In this document: positions 58,260 through 64,000 of the stretch, piece after piece | Layout: the number at the start of each line of letters is the position of its first letter | How positions within the stretch are numbered: position 1 is the first letter of the stretch | From: Eledone cirrhosa | Taxonomy: Eukaryota | Assembly: GCA_964016885.1 (NCBI GenBank) | Contig: OZ024741.1 | Location: 118,668,001 to 118,732,000, forward strand | Length of the DNA: 64,000 nt | Direction: 5' to 3' | Position numbers and translations under genes: made by a program | Notes under the pieces: generated by a model | What the model was told of the DNA's origin: nothing | Database searches by the model: none | Seen by the model: the letters and a program-made list of their open reading frames with translations, nothing else

Positions 58260-59490
58260 TGATGGTTGCAATTCGATTTCGAGTAATGCCATCACTCGAT
58301 ACTTAAGCATGAACATCAAGGACGTGGCTTTTTAACCCTCCTAGGGATTTGCCTATGGCCACCACTGCCATTCATCGCAAAAAAATTTCACATATCAAGC
58401 GATACCTGTGTTTGGAGCTTTTTTAAGTGAGGAAAGGCTTTGCACGGAACCAATCCCACTCTCTGAACATTGAATGCATTTAACCAAAAAGAACTGGTCT
58501 AAATCATTGGATGCAAACGAAGTTGCAGTTTTATATCAGAGTGACCTTCTTCTAGAGAGATGTCTTAATGAAGACTAGGAGTCTCTGGGTCCACACAAAA
58601 AAGCTGCTTTATTGGATGGTCGTTGAGAGAATTTGCATGTCCAACTGACAGAATTTGCATGTCCAACTACCGATGACTTCATCAAGACTGAAATATTTCT
58701 GTTCTGTTACAGATGCAACGGGTAAAGTACTTTTTATCGATTTGGACTTTTTCAAACTGAATAATACATACATACACACATACATACACACACACATACA
58801 CACACACATACATAATACATACACACATACATAATACATACATACATACACACATACATACACATATACACGCACACATACATAATACATACACACATAC
58901 ATAATAGATACATACACACATACATACGTTTTGCATCTAATAACTGCATATATACACATGTACAGATACAAAGGGTATACACATGCACACATACAACTCA
59001 AAACATACGCATCCACACATACAATAACATCCATATCTACACATGCATGCATACATACATATCTACCTAGTTGATGTTGTGTAAGTTCTAATGAGAGAGT
59101 CTTGTAACTATGTTAGAAACCGACTCGCTCTCTATTGGCAAAAAATTGTGAAATTATAAAACCAGAAGAACATACATACATATATATATAAATGATGGCT
59201 GCCCCCTCGATATCAAGTATGGCCATTGCACGATATACCATTATTAATAATTATTAATTAATTCTATCGTGCAATGCCTGTGCGTGAAGATATTTTTTAA
59301 AGTGAGGAAAAACTGTGCACTGAGCCAATCCCACTCTCTGAGCGACAGTAGCTATAACCCGAAAAGAAGAAAAGATCAACATCATCGGTAACTATTGAGC
59401 CGCAGGTTTTATATCGGAGTTATCCCAGTTTCCTGAGTTGCCTTCTCCTAGAAGAATGCCCTGAGAAAGGCTAGGGGTCCTTTACTCCCA
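58260..59490. repeat. Two diverged copies of a ~300-bp interspersed repeat (58260-58590, 59190-59490), probably a SINE
   Basis: Shared aagtgaggaaa..tgcac..ccaatcccactctctga..ttttatatc.gagt..ccttct.ctaga..gctagg. Confidence 0.6.
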
Positions 59491-59540
59491 GTATATATAC
59501 ATATATACATACATACATACATACATAGATACATACATAC

Positions 59541-60628
59541 ATGGGTCTAAAATCCATATTAACATCATATGAGACCCGGATAGTAACACTGAAGCAACAT
59601 CTTCAACAGAGGAAAAAGGTTGGCAACCATCTTGCCCAGGTTTATGAGCATGAACAAAAAAAAATCATTAGAATAGCCATTGATCTGGAGGAGAGATATG
59701 GAATAAAGCCTGATATAAATCTCTCGCCCAGAGAAATCGGAAGATCCTATTCAATGTTCAAACAAGATGAAAAAATTGACCAATTTACAAAAAAGGTTGT
59801 GCATGGATACTTGAGACATAAAACACATACCATAGAGGGGATAAACCACTCAAAAAGCCTGGCATGGAGTTCCGACAGGTTTATGACAACACACTTTGAG
59901 CGATATCTCTCTGCAATACAGGAACAAGAACTCCCTACCAAATATCTGCTGCACAAAAGGGGAGGGCCATCAGCTGACAATAAATGTAGGCTATGTAAAA
60001 CAAAGATCGAGGATGTAAGCCACATTGTTGCCAGCTGCGAAAGAATGTCATCTCGCTACTACCTCCCCATGAGACACGATGGGATAGCTAGAACCATCTG
60101 GAACGCACTTCGGAAAACAAAATTAACAACAAACGAGGAAGAATATATTAAGACAGATGGCACTAAGGAATACTAGTGGAACCTGAAAATAAAAACTGCC
60201 ACCAAATTAAAGCACAACAGGCCTGATATTGTTGTTTGGGACCACACATTGAAAATGTGTTCTGTTGTGGAGATCAGCTGCCCACTTGTGGTAAACGTTG
60301 TCAGAAAAATACAGGAGAAGGAGGACATCTACGGACCATTGATGAGGAGTTTACAAATCCAGTATCCAAGATACACCTTTAGCTTCATGCCCATCATTAT
60401 TGGAGCTACGGGTTATATACCAACCCGCTTGGACCAAAGTATGACTGAACTTGGATTTGCGGACAAAGAGCGCAGCTCCCTAATTCATAGTCTACAAATG
60501 GCTGCGATAGCTGGCACCTTCAAAATTTGCAAAACATTCTTGCGATTCAAGGGATGACAATTTCTTTTCTTTTACAACCTTGCCACCAGGAAGGTGGCCG
60601 GTCAAAAAAATATACTCGAAATAAAGAG
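59541..60628 (+). mobile_element. 5'-truncated R4/Dong-like non-LTR retrotransposon (restriction-like endonuclease)
   Basis: AIQEQ, CRLC..EDVSHIVASC, RHD, HNRPDIVV, VEISCP, KEDIY; one in-frame TAG at 60174; AATAAA; flanked by (TACA)n on both sides. Confidence 0.88.
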
Positions 60629-60869
60629 ATACATACATACATACATACATACATACATTCATTGTATATAAGTATAAGAGCGAGTGTCCATTACGCTGAA
60701 TGGGGATAAATACTCACATAGACATACAGTATAGTTGTACTATTTTCTTTTAAGATTTAAAGACGTTAATTTAAGAAGATATTTCTAGAAGTTATTTTTG
60801 TCTTCAAATGTTATTCTAACTATCTCCATGTCGTTCAATATATTCTTTTATCTGCACACTTGTCTGATT

Positions 60870-61160
<291 letters not shown>

Positions 61161-61569
61161 GTTTATTTATTCAAGTATTCATCTTATCTCTTTATTCGAG
61201 AGAGAGAAACAGACAGCCATTCTTCCAGACTAAAATATTGATGAGGCCGATAGTGGCGTTTTTGAGAAGTTCCTTTCGAAAAGACTTGGTTGCTGGTTCA
61301 ATCGCACTGCACCATGTCTTTTACCAGAGTACCGAGTAGATTAATCAGATCCCTGTGAGTCTAGTTTGCGTGACAGAAACTCAGCGTAAGCCCGTCTTTA
61401 TATATATATATATATATCAAGTAAGTATGTTTTGAAACAGTGAGCAGGTTGGAAATTAGAATAGCTTGTACGTCAATACTCATCTTTTTCCATTTATCTG
61501 AGAGTTCTAAACCCCATTATCAGGCTAAAATTCCTTTAGTCAAAAATACGGTGAAAGCTATTCTAATAC

Positions 61570-61636
<67 letters not shown>

Positions 61637-61999
61637 GTCTTCTCTCTCCTTCTACCTACCTATTTTGTTGCTATCTACTCTACCCCCTCTTTATTTCTCT
61701 CCCTTTCTCCCTCTCACTTTCACTCTCCCTCTCTCTGCTAACCACCTCATTGTTTCCCTCGCCTGTCCCTATAGCAGTCCTTTTCTCACTCACGTTCGCA
61801 GGGGTCAGACGTGTCTTTTTGCTCGTCCGCACAATCTAGAACTTATGTTCAGTAATCGCCATGGACTTCTATTTTCTCTCTTCGAGTTGCTCACACACTC
61901 TTCGGTTTGTTGTTTCCCCTTTCTTTTGCTTTTTTTTCGCTGTTTTTCTCTTTTCTCTTTTCTTCCCTTTTCCCTTCTGTAATGCTATATTTGTTTTCC

Positions 62000-62103
62000 C
62001 AATAACTTACCTAGTTATTGAACGCACTGGTGGTAGATATCTTGTCTTTAATGTGTAGAAATATTTGAGACCCGCAGCAGACAACTGATGAGGAAAACTT
62101 CTC
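62000..62103 (+). ncRNA. Candidate scrambled-order hammerhead, diverged subfamily, in element ~61635-62133
   Basis: AGAUAU-C-UUGUC ... GAAAUAUUU ... GACAA-CUGAUGA, with spacing identical to the 48.5 kb copy and compensatory changes. Confidence 0.65.
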
Positions 62104-62133
62104 CCGTTCCTGTTTTCTTCTTATTTTTAAGCC

Positions 62134-62166
<33 letters not shown>

Positions 62167-62333
62167 GCACACACACACACATACGCGCGCACGCACACAC
62201 ACACACACACACGTGTATATATGTATGTGTATATGTGTAGTTGCTTATGTCACGTAAGTTAGCGGTTCAACAAGAGATCGATAAAATAAAGCACCAGTAA
62301 AGCACTGGAGTAATTGCTGGCCTTGCGCCAAAA

Positions 62334-62392
<59 letters not shown>

Positions 62393-62396
<4 letters not shown>

Positions 62397-62810
62397 GTTC
62401 GGTGCTAGCTCTTCCACTTATGGAAGATCCTGGAAAGGCTGGTACCAAACATCGGCATTGAGACTTGTACCAACCACGAACAGAACGCCACAGTGTAATG
62501 CCAAAGGTCCCACCCTTCTTGTCAAGAATAAAGACCAGATACTGCAATAACCTGAAATTCAAAGGCTCCCACCTCTTTAATAAGCTGTCAAAAAACTGAG
62601 ATATACACTGTGTGCATGTAGAGGTTTTCAAGAATCATTTCGGCAATCTGCATACCTAGATCCTGTATGAACCCACAGCACTAATAAGAGTGGCAGCAAC
62701 GAACTCCATCTTACATCAATGGCCAGCCAGGGAAAGTATAGTGTCAATGGCGGTGACCCAGCATGCCCTCAGCCAGTTGGCTGGAACACGTAAAAGAGTA
62801 AAAGAGAATA
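62393..62810 (+). mobile_element. Decayed CR1/L2-like LINE 3' end
   Basis: TYGRSWKGW/WKILERLVPN, FKGSHLFNKL, VEVFKN, RVAATNSILHQ; short tandem tail taaaagag. Confidence 0.6.
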
Positions 62811-62987
62811 TATATATATTACATAGCATCTACCTCGCACGTCAAACAACCCTAGAAATATACGTATGGTAGGGTCCCACATATGTATACAGTGATACGA
62901 AAGCCCTCGATTAACTAGGGTTATCCATGTAAGTAGTGGACAAAAACTCCCTCTACGAATGTTTAGAATCTAAAAAGTCTTTATACG

Positions 62988-63125
<138 letters not shown>

Positions 63126-63213
63126 AACATGAATGGACCTGTTATTTTTATCTAAATACTTTTTTCCTATTCCAACCCGCCCGTCCCCTCAATCTATCTT
63201 ATTTCTCATTCTT

Positions 63214-63249
63214 TCTTCTGATCATGGACTAGCGTCCGAAACGTTAAGA
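63214..63249 (+). ncRNA. Minimal type I hammerhead, core mutated (CUGAUCA)
   Basis: ucuu-CUGAUCA-U-GGAC-uagc-GUCC-GAAA-CG-UU-aaga; same family as 6052-6087. Confidence 0.6.
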
Positions 63250-63533
63250 CCCTCTTCCTGCTATATTAAGCGTTAACCTAATATATCCCTTCCTATACTG
63301 TACTGAGTGTGTTATTTCTGTTTACCTTTTACACATACACACACATATATATATATATATATATAAATTATTTATCGCTCTACATGGCTGAATACAATAA
63401 ATGTAATCTGAGTTTTTCGAATATTAATAATAATATTCGATTCGTTTGCAATTATGCAAGCAGACTCTTTTTAAGCCATGTCAGTAGAATGACTCCATCA
63501 TTCTTGTTCTTGTGTTGGCATGTAAACCGTATA

Positions 63534-63603
<70 letters not shown>

Positions 63604-63654
63604 TACAAATATTAATAAAATACATGTTTCTGTGATCAATTAAATGTTTAACTC

Positions 63655-63754
<100 letters not shown>

Positions 63755-63829
63755 GTATGTATGTATGTATGTATGTATGTATGTATGTATGTATGTATGT
63801 ATGTATGTATGTATGTATAATATATGTGA

Positions 63830-63878
<49 letters not shown>

Positions 63879-64000
63879 GATATAATATATGTGAGTATAT
63901 GTGTATATATATATATATGTATGTATATATAATATATGTGAGTATATGTATATATATATATATAATGTATGTATATATAATATATGTGAGTATATGTATA

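Overview
Repeat-dominated, AT-rich eukaryotic DNA. The SINE families and long (TA)n tracts resemble octopus/cephalopod genomic DNA (inference from sequence style only). No confident host gene is present, and almost all ORF-track entries are microsatellite translations. Recognisable mobile elements: a near full-length but inactivated Tx1/L1-type LINE (21.7-27.6 kb), a decayed RTE LINE, a 5'-truncated R4/Dong-like RLE element, a CR1/L2-like 3' fragment, three Helitron derivatives, a hAT MITE, dozens of tRNA-derived SINEs and large minisatellites. The hidden signal is non-coding RNA. At least eight unrelated families of small, non-autonomous, hammerhead-ribozyme-bearing elements (retrozyme / Penelope pLTR-like) sit in TA microsatellites, concentrated at 40.7-51.7 kb, with partial-tandem and inverted architectures. 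One family (48.5, 49.1 and 62.0 kb) carries all hammerhead catalytic nucleotides, but its three core strands are in a scrambled order (NUC/stem I, then GAAA/stem III, then stem I'/CUGAUGA). Extra pseudoknot helices with compensatory substitutions hold it together. It is a candidate new hammerhead topology. All folds were derived by eye and none has been tested.
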